Assembly (NCBI GenBank): GCA_964016885.1
Contig: OZ024742.1
Coordinates: forward strand, 41,230,001 to 41,294,000
Source of the DNA: Eledone cirrhosa
Taxonomy: Eukaryota
DNA: 64,000 nt
Direction of reading: 5' to 3'
In this document: positions 1 through 12,026 of the stretch, piece by piece
Layout: each line of letters opens with the position of its first letter
How positions within the stretch are numbered: position 1 is the first letter of the stretch
Program-made: the position numbers and the translations under genes
The notes under the pieces: model-generated
Databases searched by the model: none
Seen by the model: only the letters and a program-made list of their open reading frames with translations
Told to the model about the DNA's origin: nothing

Positions 1-128
1 CTATTAGTATTTATGTTTTTATTTTTAGAATTATTATTTCCTATATGATGGGGGTGGGGGTGTCTAGGGATCCAAAACTATTCCTTAAGATTTCAATGTT
101 TTGAAAATCAAAGCTTCAGAATCTGCAT

Positions 129-161
129 ACACATACAGACACACACACACATACACACGCA

Positions 162-247
<86 letters not shown>
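129..247. repeat. (CA)n microsatellite
   Basis: Near-pure CA dinucleotide run of ~120 bp. Confidence 0.95.
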
Positions 248-248
<1 letters not shown>

Positions 249-1322
249 TAAATTAAAAGAAAAATTTAATCAGCTACCGCTCAAGGCTAGGTGATTTACT
301 GCTGCAGTACTTCATTTTTCTGCATAATTTCTGTTTCTGGGGCCTTGAAAAGGACCATGGATACCACCCATCCTCATAACTAAACAATAAGCAAGGGTAG
401 GTGAAATGAAGATATTTGATTACACTTTTTCTCAGTCGTTATAATTCCTTAACCAGCTGGAAATCAGCCCATCCCCTCCTCAATTTTTGAAATACATTCT
501 TGCTTAAGATTTTGAGGAAGAGAAAAGAATATATTTTAACATACACATGCAATATAATTCTATATTTGCGAATTGGCAAAATCGGATTATAAATGTCACA
601 GTATTTGTTCGGGCTCACTGCGCTCTGAATTCGAATACCGTCAAAATTAAGGGGTCGATAAATAAAGTACCAGTTCAGTACTGGGGACGCTGGAGGCATT
701 CTCACCCCACGCACTCTCTCTCTCCTTCCCTCTTTCGCTTTCTTTTTCACTCTTCGGGAAGAAATCGGCTGTATTCAGTTTTAAAATACCCACGTCTCTG
801 TGTATAAGGGCGATAGCCCTGCGACTTCATCAGGAATTAAGGGCCTTTGTTATGCAATGTAAAGTTGTTATTTCTATAAACCCTTCCTCTCCCTTTCTCT
901 CTTTTTTTTCTCTCTAACAGGAGTTGTCTTCCTTGATTTCTTGGATCACTGTATTTGTTCACGAGAAAACCGAATATATGTATGTATATGTATGCGCAAA
1001 GATATATGTGTCAAATATCAAATAATAAAATAAGGATTAGATTTATATTCACTGATGATTAATGTTTTTTTGTGCGTTTTCCTCATGTGTTGACGACGAC
1101 TTCGGTAATTGTTACTACAAAATCTTTAGATTGGATTTTACCGGCTACACTATTTGAGTTTACACCGTCTAATATTCGCCATTATCTTTTGAATTGTTTG
1201 GCGGTACATGCTGTCTTTTAGAAACGATATTTGCAATTAATTTGATTTTTTACTTTATCAATTGTAGAAATATCTGTTTCAATTATACTATGATTTCAAA
1301 TATGTAATATAGATAAAGAAGA

Positions 1323-1500
1323 ATGGAAGGTTCAGTATCAACTCATCGCCATCAAGCTACTCCATTCCATGAATATCTGCTACAAGGCAGTGTTGTAGAT
1401 AATTCTTGTGATGTCCTTCTCAACCGATTACGGGGTCTTTGTGATAATGCTGAAAATAACTATGAGACATTCCATGATCATGAGCTTGTTTTTGCTATGA
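1323..1500 (+). CDS. MED18: MED18 coding exon 1
   Basis: ATG at 1323; MEGSV...HELVFAM; donor GTAAGA at 1501, phase 1. Confidence 0.93.
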
Positions 1501-1790
1501 GTAAGACTCTTTTAATATTATTTGCATGTTTATAAATTGTTTGTTTATTCAATATTGAATCAGTTCTCTAATAATGCCGTTAATCAACCGTGGATTCTCA
1601 ATAGGAAGACTATTAGTCGCATTAGTAATAGTAGTTATTTTCTTTCTAGTAACTAATAACAGGTCTAGGGACGATGTAGAGGCTTTCTGTTTTATTCGCC
1701 AATTTGGTGATCTTTCGAATGTGATGAAAGGAATGTAAACAAAAAAAATGTCCATATTAAAAAGATCACCTACACACACATTATATATAG

Positions 1791-1822
<32 letters not shown>

Positions 1823-4800
1823 TCTCATCACGTCCCCGCAATTGGTGCAGCCAGTCGCTGGGGTGCCACTCTATACGCTTTCGCAGTTAGCTGTCTGGAT
1901 TCTATTATCCGGCATGCGTAGAGGGGTCTCGATGTTGTGACCACTCCAGTTTTTGATGTTGTCGGACCAGGATTTTCTTTGTCTGTCTCTTCTTCACCCT
2001 TTTAGAAGGTTGAGGGCTGCAAACCTGCCACCTACGTTTGCCTCAAACATTGCTGAAACCCTAGGATCTCTTAATTTGTCTACGTCAAACCTGATACTTT
2101 TTATGGATCTATTTCAATTTAAGCTTTAGTGTCATCAGAACAAAATCATGATCATTGTTGACGTCTGCAACAGGGAAGGTCTTAGCCCTGACGTTATTGA
2201 TAGTGGACTTGAACATTTGAGATACGAGGATGAAGTCAATTTGGTTGTGAATCCTGCCATTGGATGCATGCCATGCTGTTCTCTGTGAGGTCTTGTGTGG
2301 GAACAGTGTGTTGGCTAGGGTCAGCTTGTGAGTGCTAACCAATCCTAGGAGGCATTCACAATCATTTGTTTTTCTAATCCCGAATCATGCCACTGTCCCA
2401 ACCCATTAGTCATATGCACCTGGTCTCCTAAGCCGATGAGGATTTCTGTTTTAGGAGCCTTCCTGATGATTTTCTCCATGTCCTCATTGAACTTTTCAAT
2501 AGCATCATCGTCATAATCAAGTGTTGGTGCATAGACCTATATTATGGTAATATTCTGTAGTCAGCCATGACCAGACCTATAATCAAGGTGTTCCAACCAT
2601 GACAAACCCGTCTTTTTTTTTCTAGTAGAGTGCATCGATGACTACATGATCCTGTGTAAAATGGTAGTATGTGCTTTGAGGAGGATTTTATTATTATTTT
2701 TGTTGGTTGAACAACTACATAGTGAATCCTTCAATGACAGACTGTTGTAATTGTTTAACCATAGGCTAACTCTAATCAGGATCTATACTTAATTTATAAT
2801 CATAGTGTATATGTATACTATATATAATCTTTACATGGTATATACATTAACTCTTAATATCTTGCAATTATTTAACAAAAAATATCCCAAAACGAGTTTG
2901 TTAATTCAAATGTTTACTGTATCTTTACTAATTGACATATCATGAAAATTTGCAATATCTGAGTAAGGACTTTGATTTTTTAATGTGCTGTTTAGTACTT
3001 TTCATGATGTTAAGAGTTAAACTTCAAAATATTTGCTTTAGCAGTCTCATCTGTTTTATCTGAAAAGGATGGCATCACAAGCTATTGACAATGCTCTTTT
3101 GTTGTCCAGTATATATATTTAAAATAAAGGATAACTTATTATTAGACTATGTTAGGTTCAATCTAAAATAGATGGTGACCAATCTTCTCCATATGGAGTA
3201 AATTTGTTAGACAAAGAGACATAGAGCTAGTAAATTAATATATTTGTATTTTTTTTACTTCATCAGAAGGGACAAGCAGTCAGAATAACCAAGCAGTTTT
3301 CTACAGAGTGCGTCATAGTCTCACTGCACCAAATGCACCATGGTAAGTTATGTGTAGCCATATGTAGCAACCAAGTCTCTTTCAAGTCTTATTCAACTAG
3401 CTTAAAAATGAATAAAATAATCTTGAATTTAAATATGGTAGATAAGTAATACACCAATAACAAGCGCTTTAAGGGTTGTTAATCTTACAGGTTGATGATA
3501 AGCTTCTCCATTTTGCTCTAGCATTTGTATCCCCCCTCACCAACCCCCTTTCAGTTCCTTTTCTATGTCTTGGTCTTCTTCTTCCTTCATTTCCACCACT
3601 TCTCTCACATAGTCACGATCATCCTTCCTTAACACATTCTCTTTATTACATTCATCACTGGTTCTATTCCCATCATCTGCAATTCATTGTTTGTCTTCCT
3701 TTCTCTGAGTAATAGTCTGCTCTTCCACCAAATCATTCTTATTTCCACTCTTTCCCTCCTTTGCTGCTCTGTATTCTTCATCCATGTCTCATTCCCATAA
3801 ATGATGGCATTGCTCATACATACATGTTTCAGTGACACATCTCTTTTCATTAGCACACTAGGAAAGATAATAGGATGGTCTTGGTTTGAATGCCAGTTTG
3901 TGTGCAAGTTCATTACTGAGAAATATTTTTCAAATATGTACAGATACCATCAAAACGATGATTCTGCACCAAATAAATTTTAAATAAAGGAACAACTCCC
4001 ACCATGTACTGAATAAGTCCATTTTTCCTGTCTCTGTTTTGGCCATCATCAGAATCTACATGCATACTGAATGAAGGACAAAATCGTCTCAGATGGAATA
4101 CTTTCAAATGCTTGATCAAGATTGACATGGGATTAAGCAACATGGCCAATCATGACTGAAAGGAGCCCTTTTCCTTTTACCTGATTCCATGTGCTTAGTG
4201 TGCAAATACATTAGTAAACTTAACCCTTTTGATACCAACCTGTCGAAAACTGCCTCAGGTTCTATGAAACAAAATAACTCATGTTAAAAGGTTCATGTCA
4301 AAATTAGAAGCTTTCAACATAATTTAATATAACTTTTTTAAGTTCAATTACAAATATCATTAACCCTTTACCATTTAAACCAGCCATATCTGGTCAGAAT
4401 TCTCTCACCTCTTTCTGTTCAAACTGGTTGTAACTGGCCACTCATACTGATGTTAAAGTATTGTTCTCAAAATAAATATCAAAATCTCATAGATTCAATA
4501 TTATGTGAGGTAAAGCCTTTACCATGAAAATATAATAGTATATCATCATCATCATCATCATCAACGTTTAACGTCCGTGTTCCACGCTTGCATGGGTTTG
4601 GACGGGGGTAGTCCCACTTGAGGCAAGAGTGATTGTCTTGCTCACATAGGACTGTCTGGCAGGTTTTCTACAGTTGGATGCCCTTCCTAACACCAACCAC
4701 ATTTACAGTGTGGGTCTGGGAGGTTTTTACCGTGTTGCCTACACGGCCACATTACAGCGTGGACTGTGTGTTTTTTTGTCGTGACACCTACACGATCTCA

Positions 4801-7800
4801 TTTGTTTCGGCCTGGATGGCGCGGCACCAACATAACTTTACATAGAACGGGGTGGTATGGATGGGGTAGGGGTGGTGGTGGTGGGACGGGGTAGAATGTA
4901 AATGCTAAAGAGTTAATATTGGTTGAAATTTAAGCACAAGGCCAACAATTTTGTGGGGAATGGGAAAGTTGATTATAGCAACCCCAGTAATTTACTGGTA
5001 CTTTATTATATCAACTCTGGAAGGATGAAAATCCAAGGTTACCTCAGCAAGATTGAAACTAGAACTTAGAGAACTATAACGAAGTCTATCATCCCTTCTC
5101 CTACCTCAAATAATTGTTTCTACATTTGGCATAGGGCCAGCAATTTCAAGGGAAGGGAGAAAGTTGATTAAATCAACCCCAGTGCATGATTGGTACTTTA
5201 TTTTATCGACTGCCATAAGGATGAAAGGCAAAGCAAACCTCAGCAGAATTTGAACTCAAAACGATAAGGGCTGTAACTACATGCTTCAAAGCATGTCTGA
5301 TGCTCTACCGCCCTCCTATCTCAAATAATAGTTGTTCCATTTAAGTATTTCTTCTTTGGTATATTTGCAGGCATTTGCGTTACATTGGTCAGGCTGAAGT
5401 TGGGGACAAAACTCGCCACACACTGGTGAGGACGTATGTAGATGTGGGCACTTCAGATAATGTTGTATCTTTCCTCAATGAAATGGGTTTCAGGTAAATA
5501 TTTACAGCAATTTCTTTGATACTTTCTCAGTTTCTCTTTTCTTTCAAGATTTCTTATTTCTGTCAAAGAGTAGGGAGGACTTTTCAGCTGTGTGAAAGAC
5601 ATGGTAACCTCTCTATTAGTTGGTGTACAATTAAATGTCTAGTACACTCTGTAGTGCTGGAACATATGTGAGTTGCAGTTCTGACCCATCTGAGGCTTCA
5701 CTTGCTTTCATTAAGTACTGACTTGTCCAACCCTTGATAACAAGGAAAATAGACATTACATAATGATGATAACTGGAATGGATCTTTATTGTTTTCAATG
5801 AGGAGTATTCCAGGTGTTTGATGAATGAACTGTTCATGATATTAACATGCAAATGACTAATTCAGCATGGCACAATGTGTCATGGTTGGCTCTTTGAATT
5901 ACAGGTGCAATCTATCTGACAGGCTTCCAAACAGTTTCTGCCAACCCAATTTCATTCACAAGGCACTGGTCGATTTGTGGCTAAGGTAAAATACAATTGC
6001 CCAAGGTACCAAGAAGTAGGATTGAACCCAGAGCCTAATAATTGTGAAATGAACTCCTTGACCATCCTGAGATGCTGTGTCCACTAATTGTAACTAATGA
6101 CAACTGAAGGTGGTGCCCCATCGTAGTTGCTGTCTAAAAACTGAAACCAGTAAAAAAGTAACATTCTGAAGACACTGTCTCTGATTTTTGTTTTCCTCTA
6201 GGTTAGACTATGAATATGTTATCAAAGGATATTTCTTTCACAAAGGGAGAATGAAAGTAACCGTATCCAAAATTTTCAGGGTGAGTTGTTTTGTCCCTTT
6301 CCTCTAAATTGAATTATCATTTTCCTTTTACATAAGCCTTTTGATACTAAACTGTTAGGAATCACCCTTGGTTTTATGATATAAAAAATGTATTTCTTTT
6401 TTTTCATATATGGAGGCAGAGTCCTCAAGCATGCCTTCCAGCAGTTCCTGTCAGAAGCAGCCTTCTCCAACTGGATCCTTAAGCGAGACCAGCTGAGCTC
6501 ATGGATGTTATCCAACCATCTTGCTTAGTGCCTGGCTCTGGGTCTCCTGCCAGTTGGTTTTGCCTGTAAAATCTGTCCAGTGATTCTTTCCTTAGATATT
6601 CTAACCACAGTCCGGAGCTGTGATCTCTCAATTCAGAGACGTAGCAACTCTATTTTGAGAACCTCTCTGTTCTCCAAGCTATGTATTCTATCAAGTAATG
6701 TTACTCCAAAGACCCTTCGGAGGAACCCCATTTCAGCTGCTTGTATTGTCAATCATATTCTTTCAGTTATTACCATAGATTCATGACCATAGGTTCAAAA
6801 TAAGTTAAATTAGCTTGAATTTGTAATTATATATGTGATCAAAGGATTGCTGTGTGTATCCAATTTAGAATAGTTACACCGTATCCTTGCATTAATAAGC
6901 TGATATTTGGAACATAAACGTTTTGGCATATAATTCAAACACTTTAAAATAATTTTGTATCATCGAGATAAGGGCAGATAAGTATAAAAAAAGTAAAAAG
7001 AGTGTTATATACATTTAATCAAGGCACGTGGCCTAGTGTCGTATGGTTATAGGTTTGATTTCTCGACCAGGTGACATGTGTTCTTGATTTTGTTCAACAG
7101 GCTGATAATACAAGCAATGGAAACATTGTTACTTCAGTCTGATAATCAGCTCCTTTTTTTCTATCAAGAGTTGCAACTGCCAGATAGCATTGTCAATGGA
7201 AAGACTATTGAAAATGTTGTTTCCTTGGTTTGATCTGACAATCGACTCCTTTCTCTCTCTATATATATATATAGTTCATACAGCTACATCTAAAATGCGT
7301 GTCTAAGTAGTAACAGTAAGATTGTCTCCATTACAGATGATACAACCAAATAATGTGGAAAACATTGAACCTCTCTCACTCTCCTATCTTGTGGAACTGA
7401 CAGTTGTAGCACCAGCTGGTCAGGAACAACTCCAGGATGATATGAAGAATTTTGCTGAGCAACTGAAACCGTATCCTTTTCCATCAGATCCGCTCATACT
7501 TTTTACTTGATAAATCCTTTTGGAACAAAATTCAATTTCTATTCACCCCACCGAACAAATTAATCATATATAAAATAACTCATATATATGAATGCCTGAA
7601 AAGAAATTTACATCATCTTACACCAATATGTCAAAATGTATCATATATACTCAAATATAAGCTGGCCCCTATTTTATGTCTGAGAAATAGAAAAAAATCC
7701 AAACACCTTTTATAAGCCGAAACAGGTAATCAACATAATATGTTTAGGTGGTGCGGTTTTGAAATTCTCGTGATTAGAGAATATATTTATGAAGTTTTAA

Positions 7801-8286
7801 GTGTCACTTAAAGTAGTTTGTTTCACAGCTCCATATGTAATGATTTTTTACCAATTTCCGACCGTTTTGAAGGCAATATTCATTCAAAACATAAACTAAC
7901 AATAGGAAATACGAATTTCATGTTGAAAGTGAAACTAGTGTAATATTCACCTCCAAAGCAAAAATATTTTACCACCTCATTTACATAGAATTTTGAAGTT
8001 GGTAAAAACCAGCAAAATATAAGCCAAACTTCATAACTGGCTGCTCATATTGATGTTATGGTATTGTTCTCAAAATAAATAACATCAAAATCTTGTAGAT
8101 TCGATATTATGTAAGGTAAAGCCTTTACCACAAAAATACAATAGTAAATATAGAGTAATGTAAATGCTGAAGGGTTAAAAGAAAAAAAAAAGTGCTTATT
8201 TTTAAATAAAGTTTTAATTATCCTTAACCTTATACAGATTGGTGCAATTGGAGAAGATTGATCATCGCCGGCTAACAATGATGTGA
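1323..8286 (+). CDS. MED18: Mediator of RNA polymerase II transcription subunit 18; join(1323..1500,3267..3342,5371..5493,6202..6280,7337..7470,8238..8286), 212 aa
   Basis: Spliced translation MEGSVSTHRHQATPFHEYLLQGSVVDNSCDVLLNRLRGLCDN...WHLRYIGQAEVGDKTRHTLVR...FLNEMGFRLDYEYVIKGYFFHKGRMKVTVSKIFR...LSLSYLVELTVVAPAGQEQLQDDMKNFAEQLKPLVQLEKIDHRRLTMM* matches, from memory, metazoan MED18 motifs (EYLLQGS, RLRGLCDN, WHLRY.GQ, LSLSYLVEL, DDMKNFAEQLKPLV.LEKID). All introns are GT..AG, phases (1,2,2,0,2) are consistent, and the total is 639 nt. Confidence 0.96.
1825..2560 (-). mobile_element. Internally deleted RTE-clade LINE (AP endonuclease fragment joined to 3' end) in MED18 intron 1
   Basis: Minus ORF 2109-2342 has LANTLFPHK...W..SNGRIHNQIDFILV...DHD (APE C-terminal motifs). 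It is followed directly by C-terminal 'RKSWSDNIKNWSG' and a gatga tail next to (TA)n. Confidence 0.8.
3267..3342 (+). CDS. MED18: MED18 coding exon 2
   Basis: Acceptor ttttacttcatcag; KGTSSQNNQAVFYRVRHSLTAPNAPW; donor GTAAGT at 3343. Confidence 0.9.
3480..4190 (-). mobile_element. Decayed RTE LINE RT/C-terminal fragment in MED18 intron 2
   Basis: Minus-strand remnants 'AIIYGNETW...ERVEIRMIWW' and 'RRRPR', typical of the RTE C-terminus. Confidence 0.65.
4360..4916. mobile_element. TTAA-flanked piggyBac-like MITE (family 1) interrupted by a LINE 3' fragment
   Basis: TTAA-CCCTTTACCATTTAAAC ... GTAAATGCTAAAGAG-TTAA; body homologous to the uninterrupted copies at 14164 and 18183. Confidence 0.8.
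4543..4892 (-). mobile_element. 5'-truncated copy (3' UTR only) of the RTE LINE at 25720-29236
   Basis: Near-identical reverse complement of ~28897-29236, including the (GAT)n tail. Confidence 0.92.
4920..5300 (-). mobile_element. Two adjacent SINE copies (family B, 'gcctttcatcc...gtcgataaaataaagtacca' core)
   Basis: Both share the core with copies at 9215, 19910, 22650 and 61140. B-box-like gagttcaaattc is present. The core resembles the Nin/Deu-type SINE domain (from memory). Confidence 0.75.
5371..5493 (+). CDS. MED18: MED18 coding exon 3
   Basis: Acceptor atttgcag; WHLRYIGQAEVGDKTRHTLVRTYVDVGTSDNVVSFLNEMGFR; donor GTAAAT. Confidence 0.95.
6202..6280 (+). CDS. MED18: MED18 coding exon 4
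   Basis: Acceptor ttttcctctag; RLDYEYVIKGYFFHKGRMKVTVSKIFR; donor GTGAGT. Confidence 0.95.
6410..6795 (-). mobile_element. RTE LINE 3' fragment (PHD-less family) in MED18 intron 4
   Basis: Minus translation ...QAAEMGFLRRVFGVTLLDR...RPRPRH.WLDNI; homologous to 61840-62425. Confidence 0.75.
7337..7470 (+). CDS. MED18: MED18 coding exon 5
   Basis: Acceptor cattacag; MIQPNNVENIEPLSLSYLVELTVVAPAGQEQLQDDMKNFAEQLKP; U12-type donor GTATCCTTTT at 7471. Confidence 0.95.
7471..8237 (+). other. U12-type (minor spliceosome) GT-AG intron of MED18
   Basis: 5' splice site GTATCCTTTT matches the U11 consensus RTATCCTTT. Branch site TCCTTAAC at 8221-8228 ends 9 nt before the 3' end (AG at 8236-8237), with no polypyrimidine tract. 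Splicing restores the conserved KPLV.LEKID. Confidence 0.92.
8238..8286 (+). CDS. MED18: MED18 coding exon 6 (terminal)
   Basis: (P)LVQLEKIDHRRLTMM*, TGA at 8284-8286; AATAAA at 8535-8540. Confidence 0.92.
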
Positions 8287-9214
8287 ACAAGATTAATTAC
8301 TTTTCAGACTAACTACTGATGTCTTTGTTTATATTTATCATTTAATTATGATGTTGATCATCTATAAACAATTAACTGAACTACAAAGGCAACTACTGAA
8401 CTCTATTACACAATTTCATATTCCAGCTGATAATCACTTACATTGGTATTTGTTAGAAATTAATTTATTTCAAAAGAAGTTCAGCCAAATCAAGGTCACA
8501 GGTCATCATTATGCAATGGGGTTGAAAAAAAACCAATAAAGATTGATGCCTCTTTATATTAACTGGCAAGACATTCTTGTAAAGTACAAAACATTACTAT
8601 GGCTACATCACATGGAAAATTAAAGTCAAGACTAATACTGCAAATGTTCACAAGTAAAGATACTATACAGTATTGATTAACCTGTTTTTATATATTTTCT
8701 GATAAATCAATGCAGGATATGTGTAAAAAAAGAAACATTATAACGATCAGGAAAAAGCATATCAAACATTTTACCTTATCAGATAACACCTTGAGGTGTA
8801 GATGTACCTACCACCTGCTGAACCCTTACATTACCATATTTAAGAATTTCGAAGTATTTAGTAATATAACTTTTTTTCTTAAGCTCACTATGTAAGAACA
8901 AAAATTCTTGCATAAAATTATGATAGAAGGTTTTTACATCATAGAACCAAGGACAGTTACAGGTGGTTTGGTATCAGTAGGTTTAATATTACAAAGCCTG
9001 AGATGTGTTATAGCTCTGTGAGCTCACCATATTCAGAAAATAAAATTTGATACAAATTCTTTTCTATAACTCTTCAAAACATTGTTTATTTTGCTACATG
9101 ATCTGCCAGAAAGGATAAACTGCTTCAAAACCATGTCTTTGTTATTTCCTCCAATAAAGAAACTGCATATCTTCCCATATAGAATTATTAGGCAGTATTA
9201 GTAGAGGGTCTGAC

Positions 9215-9372
9215 GCCATGCTTTGCAGCAAAGAGTTACAGCCCTTTATGGTCTGAATTCAAATCCTACCAAGGTTAATTTTGCCTTTCATCCTTACGGG
9301 GGTCGATAAAATAAAGTACCAGTAATACACTGGGAAGATTGTTGGCCATGTGCCAAAAGTAGAAACAATTAT
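9215..9372 (+). mobile_element. SINE family B
   Basis: ctgaattcaaatcc...ttgcctttcatccttacgggggtcgataaaataaagtaccagt. Confidence 0.75.
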
Positions 9373-9534
9373 AATTTTCATGATGTTGCCAGTAGCAGCA
9401 GTTAACACACATTCGCAATCCTGTCATTTAATTCAACACTTGTTTTTCTGGAATTTAATAACTTTCTTCCAACATGAGTAACTGTTTGCTTACACCTAAC
9501 ATTTCCTGTATACTCTTCACACTCAGACCCAGTA

Positions 9535-10145
9535 AGTTGTGAGTATCCACCTCAATGAAATTACAGGGTCAGATTATTTATTACCATACGATGGATGTGC
9601 AATAGCAATATGCGCGAATGGCAAAACAAATGAACTACGCGAGAAATTAGTCATGAGGGATCAGATGTCGTGTGCAGGAGAGGAGAATGCATTGGTATGG
9701 AGATGTGATTTGTATGAAGGATGATAGCTGTATAAAGAGATGCAAAGCACTAGGAAGACTTGGGATGAGGTAATAAGAGCTGATTTCGCTCAATTACACC
9801 TCATTAAGGCAATGACACAAAACCATCCTCCGAAGTATTACAGTAGACCCAGCCTCTATTATTCTTGGGCTGAGGCATATACCTAGTAGGCAACACCATC
9901 TCGCCCCCCTGGGACCATGACAAAAGAGCCCAGGCCTCTATAGTGGTCATGACAAAAGTGAGCACCCAGTCAGCATTGTAGGCGACACTGCAAAAAAAAA
10001 AAGCACCCAGCACACACTAAATATGGTTGGTGTTAGGAAGGGCATCCAGCTGTAGAAACTAAGCCAAATCAGTTGTCTGAGTGAATCATGGTCACCCAAC
10101 CTGATGCCTCACAAAGGAACAACCTGTCCTACCCATGCTATCATA
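9535..10145 (+). mobile_element. Decayed RTE LINE 3' end with UTR
   Basis: Remnants 'LYDGC...NELREKL...RKTWDEVI', then the aggaagggcatccagctgtagaaa domain and an acccatgcta tail. Confidence 0.7.
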
Positions 10146-10309
10146 TTGTCACCAATTAAAAAAACCTGAACAGGATTAATTTCATCATTTCCATGTTAGA
10201 TTCAACATTCTCTGTGGAACACCAAATTACTGTTCTTTTCTCTTTGTTGTTGCATCTCAGGTGTTTCATTGATAGTCCCAGTCCTATTGTTATGGCTCGC
10301 ACCTATATA

Positions 10310-10445
10310 GGTTTGGAACCTGGACCTGGCAGCATGTAATATGTTTTTCATTATAGGACTATCATTAAATTAGGTTATTTTAATGATAGAGGCCCATCCT
10401 ATAATGAAAAGCATATTACATGCTGCCAGGTCCAGGTTCAAAACC
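10310..10445. repeat. ~135-bp foldback inverted repeat
   Basis: Arms ggtttggaacctggacctggcagcatgtaatatg..tttcattatagga / tcctataatgaaaa..catattacatgctgccaggtccaggttcaaaacc, plus an inner stem ctatcattaaa/tttaatgatag. Confidence 0.9.
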
Positions 10446-10569
10446 CGTGAATCTCACACCCTAAACACTAGGATATGCACCTTCACACTGTTTATATGTA
10501 AAAATAGTATATATATATTTGAAGACAAATATATTTTTATATTCTGATGACAGTCCTTATAGCTGAATC

Positions 10570-11160
10570 CATGGGAGAGCTAGAGGCAAAATTCCAAGCA
10601 TAGAATAAAAACCTCGAGTTGGAAGTGGCCTTGTTCAATATGTCAGAAGAGGGGAAGGGTAGAAATTTCATAAGGTGCAGTGTAATCTATAGACACAAAA
10701 TATAGTGGGATTACAGGCAGATTAATGGAAAAGATTTTGTATGCACTAAGAACGTGAAATAGATACCCTCAGCTGCCAGAGATGCCTCTTAGACGTTGAT
10801 AGCTTTTGTTATCTAGGTGACCTAATCAGCAGTGAAGGAGGATGCTCTGAAAATGTGGTAGTCAGGCTAGAAGTTTAGGGAGCTGGTATCTCAGCTGACA
10901 ACAAAGAGCTTCTTTCAGGGTAGAGGGTAGCCAATATGATGTCTATGTGAACTGCAATGCTACAAGTATGCTCTGATGGATGTGGAATGTATGAACAACA
11001 TAGTATAAGTGAGCTGGCATAAGAGAAATTGGATGTAGCATGCATTGGCATGGATATATGTGACAGCTATATAAATAAATGCAGAGAAATCTCAGTAGCT
11101 AGGATCCATGGAAGACCAACCTGAAAAAGATGGACCTCAAAAGAAAATGAAGACTGGCAA
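10570..11160 (+). mobile_element. Highly decayed RTE LINE fragment (PHD-bearing family)
   Basis: Remnants 'ELEAKFQA', 'KWPCSICQK', 'SGITGRL', 'YLGDLISSEGGCSE'. Confidence 0.65.
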
Positions 11161-11791
11161 CTGTGCTGGTGGAGACCTAACCCATCCCCACCCCGTCCAT
11201 GCTTTAGACACTCTTCCAATCCTTATGCACTTGAACCCCACTCATGTCCCCTCTAGCTATTCTTTCCCTTAATACACCCAACACCTAAATCCACTATCAC
11301 CTTTTAGCTATTTCTCACTATTGCTACATAGAGGTCACCACACTACCCACTCATTACTGTCAAATCTATCCACACTTGCCATACATCAAGAGAATAGGGC
11401 CCCTTTCAGTTGAGGCAATAACTAATAATGTTGGTGCCACGAGAATGCACTCAATACACCCTGCAAGGTGGTTAACAATAGGAAGGGTATCCCACTATAG
11501 AAATGTCAAAAAGGTTTGACGGATTCCTTCAGTTGTCAACAACCGCTAGTGCAGTTCACCTTGTAATGTCATAATGCTGGTGCCATGATGAAAAGTACCC
11601 CATAAAGTGGCAGTGCCAGATTCACAATAAAATGTTCCCAGTACACCCTGTAAAGTTGTTAGAAAGAGCATCCAACCATAGAAACCAAGCTAAAAACAGC
11701 AGTATATGACAACCGATCTAACTCATGCAAACACAAAACTAGGCATTACAGAGTGATAAAGATCCGGATACAAGAAATTAATCTTGAAATT

Positions 11792-12026
11792 TTAACCCTT
11801 TCATTACCATATTTCTAATGAAAGACATTGTTTATAATTTTGAAAATATGAATTTGGAGGGATTTAGTAACATAACTAACATTCTCAATAAGAAGACATT
11901 TGAAGTATAACTTAAAAAGTTCTTACATCAAATTATGATGGAAGGTTTTTAGATAAATATAAACACTTAAAAAAAAAAAGGATTTGTATCAGAGAATCAG
12001 GGGTGGTTTGGTATCAAATGGGTTAA
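11792..12026. mobile_element. TTAA-flanked piggyBac-like MITE (family 2)
   Basis: TTAA-CCCTTTCATTACCA ... TGGTATCAAATGGG-TTAA; related copies near 4220, 8820-8985, 15700-15920 and 21910-22180. Confidence 0.75.

Noticed and set aside
4633-4845. Near-identical 70-89 aa [15 protein letters not shown]... at 4633, 28937 and 35420, and MPFLTPTSF... ORFs
   Set aside because: Antisense frames of the LINE 3' UTR or SINE body. The identity reflects young repeats, not protein conservation.
7322-7510. ORF-track ending ...LKPYPFPSDPLILFT* as the MED18 C-terminus
   Set aside because: It reads through the U12 donor. The conserved C-terminus is in exon 8238-8286.
10544-10580. Additional hammerhead-like fragments (ctgatga-cag..ctg at 10545; ctagccgaaac at 21545)
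   Set aside because: Each lacks half of the catalytic core, so they are too degenerate to call.
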